From Hadesarchaea archaeon (lineage in GTDB: Archaea > Hadarchaeota > Hadarchaeia > Hadarchaeales > WYZ-LMO6): a stretch of 20,931 nt of DNA. Of the stretch, positions 1 through 7,407 are shown piece by piece; position 1 is the first letter of the stretch, and every line of letters begins with the position of its first letter. The translations under genes and the position numbers were made by a program. A model generated the notes under the pieces. The model was not told where the DNA came from and made no database searches. It saw only the letters and a program-made list of their open reading frames with translations. The stretch lies in NCBI GenBank assembly GCA_029259185.1, contig JAPDJF010000018.1:1-20931 (forward strand), given 5' to 3'.

Positions 1-198
1 GTGGTGTTCGTGGATTGCTTCGAGGAGCTCGTCACCGCCAACGGGTTCGAGCGGGCCATGGGTTTCCTGGTGGAGATCGCGGGGCTCTGCTCCAGGAGGA
101 ACTCGAACCTGCTCGTGAGGGGCGATCCGGCCGAGTCCTCATGGAGGAAACTGGTTTCGGTAAGGCATTTGAAGTGCAAAGTGTTGGTTCATACCTAA
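1..198 (+). CDS. 3' end of a DUF835-like (RecA/KaiC-fold-related) domain protein, partial
   Basis: Frame is open from the window edge. VVFVDCFEELVTANGFERAMGFL...NSNLLVRGDP resembles the DUF835 pattern VVhhDxhEyLhxxNGFExxhkFL...hhhhxxDP. Confidence 0.6.
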   Translation: MVFVDCFEELVTANGFERAMGFLVEIAGLCSRRNSNLLVRGDPAESSWRKLVSVRHLKCKVLVHT

Positions 199-305
199 AC
201 TCGGCGGTCTTCAGCGGGTCCGTTCCCTTAGGTTCGTCTCGTTTAGCGGTCCGGAAGTCCTGGAACGAGAAGTGGACGTGCTAGGGTTATCTCGAACCAT
301 CGATG

Positions 306-421
306 TGCCGGGGGCGGGATTCGAACCCGCGATCTCCGGATTTCCCACATCATCTTTCGGTCAGCACTCATAGCCCCCGAGGCTATGAGTCCGGCGCTCT
401 AACCACCTGAGCCACCCCGGC
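306..421 (-). tRNA. tRNA-Met(CAT), elongator type, with 42-nt intron (342-383) at position 37/38
   Basis: Minus strand reads GCCGGGG TG GCTC AGGTGGTTA GAGC G CCGGA CT CAT A [intron] A TCCGG AGATC GCGGG TTCGAAT CCCGC CCCCGGC A. BHB central helix is CUCA/UGGG with bulges UA^G and AA^A. The acceptor stem is not initiator-like or Ile2-like. CCA is not encoded. Confidence 0.95.
342..383 (-). ncRNA. Candidate intron-encoded box C'/D' guide element in pre-tRNA-Met
   Basis: Intron has GGCUAUGAGU-G-CUGA-CCGAAAG-AUGAUGU: a 10-nt antisense to the anticodon/exon-intron junction, then box D' CUGA, then a 6/7 match to box C. Confidence 0.6.
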
Positions 422-504
422 CTCAAATTTTCGAAGTCTTGAATCTTAAGTTTAACTCGGTGCTTCCGTCCCGAAATTCGGTGCTTGGAGAGGTCAAAAG
501 GGGT

Positions 505-1221
505 TTAAGATTCAAATCTTTCGATGAACCTCAGAAGTTCGCCCTTTCTCTTGATCGTTTTACATCCCCCCTCATACCCCACCAGCACCATATCGGTCAT
601 GCCCGCGAATATTCCATTTTCGATCACTCCACTCGTGGAGTTGATTTTTCCCTCCAGTTCTTTAGGTTTTAGGATTCTCTTGAATCTCACATCAACTATG
701 TAGTTGCCGTTATCGGTAATGAAAGGTTTTCCTAGTTGGGTCATCCTTAGCTTGGGTATTCCCCCCATTCTCTCTAGCTCCTTGTTGACAAATTTCCAAC
801 CGAAGGGGAGCACCTCGACTGGTACGGGCATCCTCTCTCCAAGCCGTCTAACGAGTTTGGTCCTGTCGATCACTATCACGAGTCGATCCGAGGCCTTGGC
901 GATTATTTTTTCCCGAGTGTGTGCTCCCCCTCCCCCCTTTATGAGATCGAAATTTGGATCGACTTCGTCGGCTCCATCTATCGTGAGATCGAGCATTGGA
1001 TACTTCTCCAAAGCATCCGTTCGCAACCCCAGCCTCTTGGCCAATCTCTCGGTGGCTTTGGAGGCCGGAACGAAGACGGATTTCGGTTTGATCTCAGCAA
1101 TAGCTTTCACCACTTCGGCAACCGTTGTGCCTGATCCTATCCCCGCCACCATTCCGTCTTCGATAAGTTCCGCTGCTATCCTAGCTGCATTCCTCTTCCA
1201 TTTTTCAGTGCCCGTTTCCAT
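505..1221 (-). CDS. rpiA: Ribose 5-phosphate isomerase A
   Basis: Motifs GIGSGTT, DGADEVD, KGGGGA, REKI, PVEV, TDNGN. Confidence 0.97.
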   Translation of the reverse strand: METGTEKWKRNAARIAAELIEDGMVAGIGSGTTVAEVVKAIAEIKPKSVFVPASKATERLAKRLGLRTDALEKYPMLDLTIDGADEVDPNFDLIKGGGGAHTREKIIAKASDRLVIVIDRTKLVRRLGERMPVPVEVLPFGWKFVNKELERMGGIPKLRMTQLGKPFITDNGNYIVDVRFKRILKPKELEGKINSTSGVIENGIFAGMTDMVLVGYEGGCKTIKRKGELLRFIERFES

Positions 1222-1326
1222 ACCTCCATTCTAGGATGGAGTCGATCTTATCGTTTCCTCAAGCTAGCTAAAATAAAGCTTTTCGTAGGTAAAGTTAAAT
1301 AGAAGAGGCAAAATGTGAGAAGGGGA

Positions 1327-1860
1327 ATGTACTTGAAAAAAACAGTACCGGTCAAGGAGATAATGACGGAGAACGTGCTTACGTGTTCGCCGAACGTGAG
1401 CGTTGCCAAAGCTGCTAAGCTCATGACCGAGAGGGGTGTGGGGTGTGTGGTGATCACCAGGAATAGAAAACCCGTTGGGATCTTGACGGAGCAGGACATA
1501 CTCACGAAGGTGGTGAGCGTGGATCAGAAGGCTAGTAAAGTTTTGGTTCGAGATGTAATGTCTAAGGGGCTCATAACCGTGGATCCGGACACGGACACGC
1601 TGGAAGCCGCTAGGATCATGGCGAAAAACAAAATAAGGCGTCTCCCGGTGGTTAGAAAGAATATCCTCATCGGCATACTCACAGCGTCGGACATAGCTTC
1701 GTTTTCGCCCGGCGTCGCAGAGGCTCTTGAACACTCCGAGACATTAGGGGGGGAGGAAGTGGGGAGGAGTGTTTGCGAACTCTGTGGCGAGGTGCGAGAG
1801 AGGCTCTACGAAGTCAATGGAATGTGGGTGTGTGAGGATTGTAAGGAAACGATGGGATGA
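1327..1860 (+). CDS. CBS-pair protein with C-terminal zinc ribbon
   Basis: Two CBS repeats (VKEIMT...GILTEQD; VRDVMS...IRRLPVV...GILTASDI) and CELC...CEDC. Start is ATG 1327 or GTG 1315. Confidence 0.9.
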   Translation: MYLKKTVPVKEIMTENVLTCSPNVSVAKAAKLMTERGVGCVVITRNRKPVGILTEQDILTKVVSVDQKASKVLVRDVMSKGLITVDPDTDTLEAARIMAKNKIRRLPVVRKNILIGILTASDIASFSPGVAEALEHSETLGGEEVGRSVCELCGEVRERLYEVNGMWVCEDCKETMG

Positions 1861-1933
1861 TGTCGTTCACACCCCATTTCGCACTCCAGAGGCTCAGTAA
1901 GAATTAAACGATTTTGAGCCAACTCAGATTTGT

Positions 1934-2030
1934 GCGGCCGTGGTCCAGCCTGGTTAAGACCCGGGCTCCCCGTGAGTCCCGTGCTCGGGGATGGCCCGTG
2001 ACGCGGGTTCGAATCCCGCCGGCCGCACCA
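1934..2030 (+). tRNA. tRNA-Gly (anticodon CCC, atypical C33) with 20-nt intron (1973-1992); CCA encoded
   Basis: GCGGCCG/CGGCCGC-A acceptor (Gly identity), anticodon stem CGGGC/GCCCG, T arm GCGGG TTCGAAT CCCGC. Strict BHB: helix UCCC/GGGG, bulges CG^U and AU^G, outer helix GAGU/GCUC. Confidence 0.88.
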
Positions 2031-2174
2031 CTCGGTGTTGTTGTGCCTCCAACTCCTTCGCCCCAAAATCGGAGTGATGACAATTTTGATCCTCTTGCTG
2101 AAGAATACCTCGAAGTGGGGTAGGGCTCTTCTATGCACCGATCTTCTTGGACTAAAGCGCAAAGACGGTGGATC

Positions 2175-2585
2175 TCAGCCCCCGTGTCGTTTGGGTTTCT
2201 TCCATCTCCCGGTTGGGATCAAACGTCTCCCACTCAAGTCGCCATTATAAAAATAGACCATCGCGAGCATCCTTCTTCCATCCTCCATGAAAACTACCGA
2301 AATCTCCCGGACGAACTGGCTTTTTGTGGGTTCCGCTGGATCAAACTCTTCGTACTCGTCTACCAGCGGTAAGATCTCATCGGAGATCCGGTGTACCTCA
2401 CCATGGACGTAGCTTTTCCCATCTTTCACCGCCCCCGGGGTATCTTCCCAAATCGTAGAGCTTGGCGCGGATCTTTCCTTTCCCCACGTATTCTATCTTT
2501 CCTCGATGTATCAGATCAATGAACGGTGTATACTCTCTCATTAAGGTTCCGTAGACGAAGATCTTGTTTGTTCTCTCCCTTTCAA
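2175..2585 (-). pseudogene. Frameshifted gamma-glutamylcyclotransferase (AIG2-like) family gene
   Basis: KIFVYGTLM...LYDLGRYPG in one frame continues as AVKDGKSYVHGEV...VDEYEEF...IPTGRW in another. There is one extra base in C4G5 at 2432-2440. The TTG after GGTGA (2585) is also out of frame with the FVYGTL segment. Confidence 0.8.
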
Positions 2586-2698
2586 GTCGATCACCTATCG
2601 AATAGTTTAGAGAATTTGAGATCCGGAGAACAAAAATTAATATGAATGAAAGTGGGATGGTCTGTGGAGGGATCAGCGAGATTTTTTGGTGATGTTCG

Positions 2699-3511
2699 AT
2701 GTCAGCGAACTTGATAGCTCTCCTTTCAGACTTGGGAACCAAAGATTACTTCGTTGGGGCCATGAAAGGGGTGATCCTAACAATAAATCCCGAAGTTAAG
2801 ATAATTGACATCTCCCATGAACTCCCCAGGCATGATGTCAGGATTGCCGCTCTGACATTGTTGAATGCCGCGATCACTTTTCCGAGGGGATCCATCTTCG
2901 TTGTCGTGGTCGATCCGGGCGTAGGGACCGAACGCAAGTGCATCTTGCTGGAGACGAAAAACACGTTGCGATTCGTGACCCCTGATAATGGGGTTTTAAC
3001 GCTCGTTGCGAGAGAGTTCGGTATCTCAAGCGTACGTGAGATAACCAACAAATCCTTGATGAGGGCGGAAGTTTCCCCGACTTTTCATGGACGTGATATT
3101 ATGGCACCCGTCGCAGCCCACCTGAGCTTGGGTGTGGATCCATCGGAGGTCGGCCCTGAGCTGGGAAGCATTCAGACGGTCGATTTTCCGAGTCCTGAGT
3201 GGCTGGGAGATCGTCTGAAGGGCCATGTCCTGAGTGTTGACGGTTTCGGTAATCTGTTGACCGATATCGGTTCCGAATTGGTACATCGGTTCGCGAAACT
3301 GGGTAACGGGTTGCGGATTAGGTTCGAGAGTGGAGAGATCAGAGCAAAGCTCGCTCGCACCTTCGGTGAGGTCGGGAAGGGCGAGTACCTGTGTTACATA
3401 GGTAGCACGGGTATGCTGGAGATTGCGAAGAACATGGGCGACTTAGCGGGCGAGGTGGGGGTTGGGGTCGGAAGTGAATTGGTCTTGATGCGGGAAAACG
3501 ATGAGATTTGA
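2699..3511 (+). CDS. SAM hydroxide adenosyltransferase (DUF62, SAM-dependent halogenase/hydrolase family)
   Basis: Motifs SDLGxxDYFVGAMKG, VVDPGVG, PDNG, TFHGRD, DGFGN. GGTGA RBS upstream. Confidence 0.93.
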   Translation: MSANLIALLSDLGTKDYFVGAMKGVILTINPEVKIIDISHELPRHDVRIAALTLLNAAITFPRGSIFVVVVDPGVGTERKCILLETKNTLRFVTPDNGVLTLVAREFGISSVREITNKSLMRAEVSPTFHGRDIMAPVAAHLSLGVDPSEVGPELGSIQTVDFPSPEWLGDRLKGHVLSVDGFGNLLTDIGSELVHRFAKLGNGLRIRFESGEIRAKLARTFGEVGKGEYLCYIGSTGMLEIAKNMGDLAGEVGVGVGSELVLMRENDEI

Positions 3512-3563
3512 GCCACCCCTTCGTATCGCGTTAGTGGTGGTGGCCATCATCGTCTGGTGGTGA

Positions 3564-3739
3564 GATCTTCCTCGGAATGCGTGGTGAACTACCCACAGCT
3601 CTCGCAGGGGGCTTCCTGCTTCATCCACCAGACTCGATTCCCTTCACAGGTGCGGTCATCCGCTTTCAGCCTTGCGGACCTGCGGGAGGTTACGGAGGTC
3701 TTGACCTCACAGGCGTTCGTTCGGGCCGTCCCAGCCCTA
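3564..3739 (-). ncRNA. Putative TnpB omegaRNA (reRNA/sotRNA) scaffold plus ~20-nt flanking guide
   Basis: Begins with hairpin GGGCTG-GGA-CGGCCC followed by GAACGAACGCCTGTG (translates VGLGRPERTPV, like TnpB C-terminal tails). Runs to the TCAC end at 3584. The guide would be CACGCAUUCCGAGGAAGAUC. Boundaries are inferred. Confidence 0.6.
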
Positions 3740-3819
3740 CTCAAGAGAGTTTTTATCACCAACTATAGCGTTCCGCCTCTCATCCCCTCCCTTTCGGAAG
3801 GGACTTCCCGGCGGTGGAG
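3584..3819 (-). mobile_element. Non-autonomous IS200/IS605-family element (PATE-like, 236 bp)
   Basis: On the minus strand it is preceded by TTTAA. Left-end hairpin is GGAAG-TCCCTTCC-GAAA-GGGAGGGGA and right end is GGAAG-CCCCCTGC-GAGA-GCTGTGGGT-AGTTCAC. It has no tnpA or tnpB ORF. Confidence 0.8.
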
Positions 3820-4027
3820 TTAAAGAGGAGTTCCTTATCCCATCGAGCATCCGACGACTGATCCCCACTTTGGCGCGGATCCTTCGTGGAGCCCGGATGG
3901 AGCAAAACTGGGGGTTCGGTCTGAGAGGAGTTGGAACAAGGACATCTGGGTGATGAATGCTGGTGACTCTGGCAGAGCGCAAAAAATCCCGCGCCAAGAA
4001 GGTATGGGATTTTAGGACGGTTTCAAC

Positions 4028-4960
4028 TCAATCCTGCACAGCTTTCCCTGTGAGTTCTAGCATACGTTTAATACTGGCTCGGGCCCTTTCGGCTATGGGT
4101 TCCGGAACTTTCACCACGTGCTCTTCATCCTTGAGGGCTCGGTATACCTTTTCAAGCGTATGTCTTTTCATCTCCCGGCATACCGCAGTGTTTAAGGCCG
4201 GAATGAATTCTCTGCTCGGATTTTCTCTCCTCATCCGCTCTACCAGACCTATTTCAGTCGCAATTATGAATCGCTTTGCGGGCGACGCTTTGGTTCGGAG
4301 CAACATCTGGCTCGTACTGCACACATGGGTGGCGAGTTGTTGGACTTCCGGATCGCACTCAGGGTGAACGAGCACCTCAGCGTCGGGATATCGCTCTTTG
4401 AGCAGCGCGATGTCGGCCGCTGTGAACATCTTGTGGACGTAACAATATCCGTTTTCGGGGATGGGAATGATTTTTTTGTCAGAGCGTCGTTGTGCGAACC
4501 AAGCCAAATTCTTGTCCGGCCCGAAGAGAACGGTGTCCTCTTCGAGAGCATTGACGATCTGGGGGGAATTCGCTGAGGTGCATATCACATCCGACTCCGC
4601 CTTGGCTTCGGCCAGAGTGTTGACGTAAAGAACTACTGCAGCTCCTTCGTGTTTTTTCCTGGCTTCCCGGATGACATCCGGTGGGAGCTGGGCCGCCATC
4701 GGGCACCTGGCCCCCGGATCTGGAATCACTACCTTTTTGTCCGGGTTCAAGATAGCTGCGGTTTCCGCCATGAAGTCAACTCCAGCGAAAACGATGAGAT
4801 CAGCATCCGTTTTGGCAGAGGCCATGGCGAGTTCGAGTGAGTCCCCCAATATGTCGGCCACCAGTTGCACTTCTGAGAGTTGATAGTTGTGGGCTAAGAT
4901 GATAGCATTTTTCCTCTCTTTTAGCTCGGCTATTCTCAGCTTTAGGTCAGAATTCATCAA
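4028..4960 (-). CDS. nadA: Quinolinate synthase A
   Basis: ILAHNYQ, GDSLELA, GVDFMAETA, three Fe-S cysteines (RCPMA, YCYVH, VCREMK), YVNT, HPEC. Confidence 0.97.
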   Translation of the reverse strand: MMNSDLKLRIAELKERKNAIILAHNYQLSEVQLVADILGDSLELAMASAKTDADLIVFAGVDFMAETAAILNPDKKVVIPDPGARCPMAAQLPPDVIREARKKHEGAAVVLYVNTLAEAKAESDVICTSANSPQIVNALEEDTVLFGPDKNLAWFAQRRSDKKIIPIPENGYCYVHKMFTAADIALLKERYPDAEVLVHPECDPEVQQLATHVCSTSQMLLRTKASPAKRFIIATEIGLVERMRRENPSREFIPALNTAVCREMKRHTLEKVYRALKDEEHVVKVPEPIAERARASIKRMLELTGKAVQD

Positions 4961-5037
4961 TAACTTTCTTTTTGAATACTTAAATGACTTCGAAGATATC
5001 CTGGTGAAGCGATTCGAACGGGGGCGTGCCCGGATGT

Positions 5038-6327
5038 CTAGTAGTTCCTGATTAGATCTCCAGCCCCTTCCAAGCTCAGGACCTCCACGGTCCCGTCCTC
5101 GATGAGTTTCACCCTGGCATCTCGGTAAAGCTTCTGGATCAGGAAATCGTCCGTTATCCCGTACCCCCCGAATATCTGAAGCGCATCGTCCGCTACCTCG
5201 TAGGCTATCCGCTTGCAGTAAACTTGGGCGGCGAGCGCGTGTCTATACGAGGCCTTGAATGTGAACTTCTCGAACAGCTCTCTCCACACGTGTTCCATGA
5301 TCCTTCTCGAGTATGCCCTCGCGGTTTCGACTTTCACGAACATCTCGAACAGCTTCTTCCTCACGAGCTGGTGCTCGCAGATCGGTCTTCCCCCTTGGAT
5401 CCGCTCCTTGGAGTACTTCAGGGCTTCCTCGAAAGCCGCCCTCGCTAAACCCGTCGAGGAGGCGGCCATCCACGAACTCGTTACGCAGAGGATTTGGTCC
5501 ATGGACATCAAGCCTGTCGAGGGATGAAGGGCCTCCGGCTCCAAGGTCATGTACACCCCCGGGATCCTCACGTCCTCGAACGCCAGCTCTCCTTGGGGGC
5601 AATCTTTTTGACCGTATTTAGCGATCGGTTTTCCTTTGGTTACCCCCGGTGAGTCTAAGGGAACCACACACCCTCCACCCACGCTTCGCTTGGCGAGATC
5701 GAGGTTAACGTGCAAGGCCACGTGGGTCGCCACGGGTGCGGAGGAAATCCAAGATGATTTGGCCCCGTTTATGATCCACTCGTCTCCATCTTTTTTCGCG
5801 GTCACCTGTCCGGGGGTTATCCGCTCACGCTCCGGGCGATCGTCCTCGAGCACGAAGTCGCATCCGAGGAGCCAGTCAGAGCCATGTTCGGGCTCCGTGA
5901 CCCCCCAACAACCGTGATACTTCGCGCGGTCATCCTCCAGCCAAGGTTTGACGAACGTTTCGTTCAGGTACTCGTCGAAGGTGGGGGCGGTGAAGAGGAT
6001 TGGGAAGAGATCGACGCCGAACGCTATGGAGAATCCCGAGCTGCCCCACGCTACTTCCTCCACCAGTATGTGGACCATCCGGGCTGGAAGTCCCTCCCCA
6101 CCAAACATTTCTGGAACCGGGCCCCTGTGGTATCCGAGTTTCTTCCACTCCTTCAGAACCCTCCAATACGGAGAGTCCTTTTTCACAACTTTTTCGGGGT
6201 ATTCGTTGAGCGGCATCCTATCTATCTCGATGGAGGCGGGCCGTATCACCTCCTCGGCGAACCTGTGAACCTCTTCCTTCAGCAGGGTTTCGTCCTCTGA
6301 GATCTCCTCTATCTCCGCATAGCCCAC
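5038..6327 (-). CDS. Acyl-CoA dehydrogenase family protein
   Basis: TEPEHGSD, INGAKSSWIS, FEDVRIP, ERIQGGRPI, ALQIFGGYG, KLYRDAR. Confidence 0.95.
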   Translation of the reverse strand: MGYAEIEEISEDETLLKEEVHRFAEEVIRPASIEIDRMPLNEYPEKVVKKDSPYWRVLKEWKKLGYHRGPVPEMFGGEGLPARMVHILVEEVAWGSSGFSIAFGVDLFPILFTAPTFDEYLNETFVKPWLEDDRAKYHGCWGVTEPEHGSDWLLGCDFVLEDDRPERERITPGQVTAKKDGDEWIINGAKSSWISSAPVATHVALHVNLDLAKRSVGGGCVVPLDSPGVTKGKPIAKYGQKDCPQGELAFEDVRIPGVYMTLEPEALHPSTGLMSMDQILCVTSSWMAASSTGLARAAFEEALKYSKERIQGGRPICEHQLVRKKLFEMFVKVETARAYSRRIMEHVWRELFEKFTFKASYRHALAAQVYCKRIAYEVADDALQIFGGYGITDDFLIQKLYRDARVKLIEDGTVEVLSLEGAGDLIRNY

Positions 6328-6338
6328 CGGAGTGCCTC

Positions 6339-7136
6339 CTAGATCCTGTACTCCTTCTGAACCTCGGTTATTCCTAGCGTCATGTCGAACTGGAAGTAGA
6401 GGGCGGCCACGATGTCCTTTATCTCAAGCTTGTGGACAGGATCCACGACCGATGGGGAGTCATACCTCAGGGATGCAGATCCTGCCCAAATCACTTCCCT
6501 CCCCCTTGGATCCTTGTGGAAGTCTATGTCTGCATACCATTTCACCAATTGGGTCAGCCCGTCACCCCCCTTTATGGGTGGCAGGTGTCGGACGGAGAGG
6601 AGGGGTGTAGGTTTGGGGAGGGTGGCAGTTATCAGGTCCATCGTTGCTCTCTCTTCCGGCTTGAAGGTGAAAGTCACCAGCCTCTTCCCCGATGGTCTCT
6701 CCAGGGTGGCTTGGATCACATCGACCTCCTTCCGAAACTCTATGTGGGCAAGCTTCTTCGGTGCCCCGGCTAGTTCCCTGCCCGCGGCCATTGCCGAGTC
6801 GTTCGTTACGTAGATGTAGGGGATGTAGTACCCCATCTCCCCTCTCACATCCTTGACTTGGATGACCGATAGATACTCGTTGTACTCCCCCAGCGTGGAA
6901 AAGGAATACCTCGAAATCCATATCCCCGCGTAGGGTGGATCGGAGAAGAGTTCAGTTCCGATCGGGATTAAAGCTTCCACATCCTTGGTGGTCTCGAAGA
7001 GGGCAACCAAGCAGTCGCAGTTTCTGTATTCGATCTTTATTCTTTCGGCAGGCGTGTCCGGTGATGTCATCGAACCATAAAGAGCGGAGTCGAACGGAAT
7101 CGAGTACCCCTCTTTTCCTCCTCGTAGTATCATCAT
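6339..7136 (-). CDS. Acetoacetate decarboxylase (Adc)-like family protein
   Basis: LGEYNE, YIYVTNDSAMAAGRELAGAPKKLA (GRExxGxPKK Schiff-base lysine motif). Confidence 0.9.
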   Translation of the reverse strand: MMILRGGKEGYSIPFDSALYGSMTSPDTPAERIKIEYRNCDCLVALFETTKDVEALIPIGTELFSDPPYAGIWISRYSFSTLGEYNEYLSVIQVKDVRGEMGYYIPYIYVTNDSAMAAGRELAGAPKKLAHIEFRKEVDVIQATLERPSGKRLVTFTFKPEERATMDLITATLPKPTPLLSVRHLPPIKGGDGLTQLVKWYADIDFHKDPRGREVIWAGSASLRYDSPSVVDPVHKLEIKDIVAALYFQFDMTLGITEVQKEYRI

Positions 7137-7203
7137 TTTAGTTTGGAGGGACCCTAAAAATGTTTTTTAGTCGCGGGGTTAGGCACCCTGGAGGTCGGGG
7201 TCA

Positions 7204-7407
7204 TCACCACTTCTTGAACTTCGCTATCTCGTCCGTAAGGTCTATGCTGGTGAGCATCACGGTCCTGCAGCAATAACGCCTTATTCCCATCTCGTCCAGC
7301 ACGACTTTGGGGTTCTCGCCACTCTTCACTCTCCGATCGAATTCCTCGTACTTATCCGCGAGCAGTTTTCCACAGGTGATGCAGCGTATCGGCCTCACTC
7401 CCATCAC
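7204..7407 (-). CDS. rpo10: RNA polymerase subunit Rpo10 (N)
   Basis: PIRCITCGK...RYCCR; directly follows rps9. Confidence 0.97.
   Translation of the reverse strand: MMGVRPIRCITCGKLLADKYEEFDRRVKSGENPKVVLDEMGIRRYCCRTVMLTSIDLTDEIAKFKKW

Larger units (their letters stand above)
3501..4015 (+). pseudogene. Decayed membrane-anchored TolB-like (PD40 beta-propeller repeat) gene, interrupted by a mini-IS
   Basis: ATG 3501 gives MRFEPPLRIALVVVAIIVWW*. After the insertion, 3833-4015 reads PYPIEHPTTDPHFGADPSWSPDGAKLGVRSERSWNKDIWVMNAGDSG, a PD40-like repeat (PxWSPDG...DIWVMN). Confidence 0.7.

Noticed and set aside
2074-2101. GTGATGA...CTGA downstream of tRNA-Gly as a box C/D sRNA
   Set aside because: Only one C and one D-like box with a 17-nt spacer; no C'/D pair follows and no target was recognised.
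1995-2172. Frame running through the tRNA-Gly 3' half (RVRIPPAAP...LAEEYLE) as an SSV-type integrase remnant
   Set aside because: Stops after a few codons, has no tyrosine-recombinase motif, and no att duplicate was seen in the window.
2699-3511. Fluorinase/chlorinase, i.e. a halogenation pathway
   Set aside because: The TFHGRD motif and housekeeping context fit the widespread SAM hydrolase (DUF62) type.
3560-3850. RNase P RNA or SRP RNA in the GC-rich structured gap
   Set aside because: No RNase P P4 motifs (GAGGAAAGUCC / AAACAGAA) and no SRP helix-8 pattern. The ends and internal sequence fit an IS200/IS605 derivative instead.
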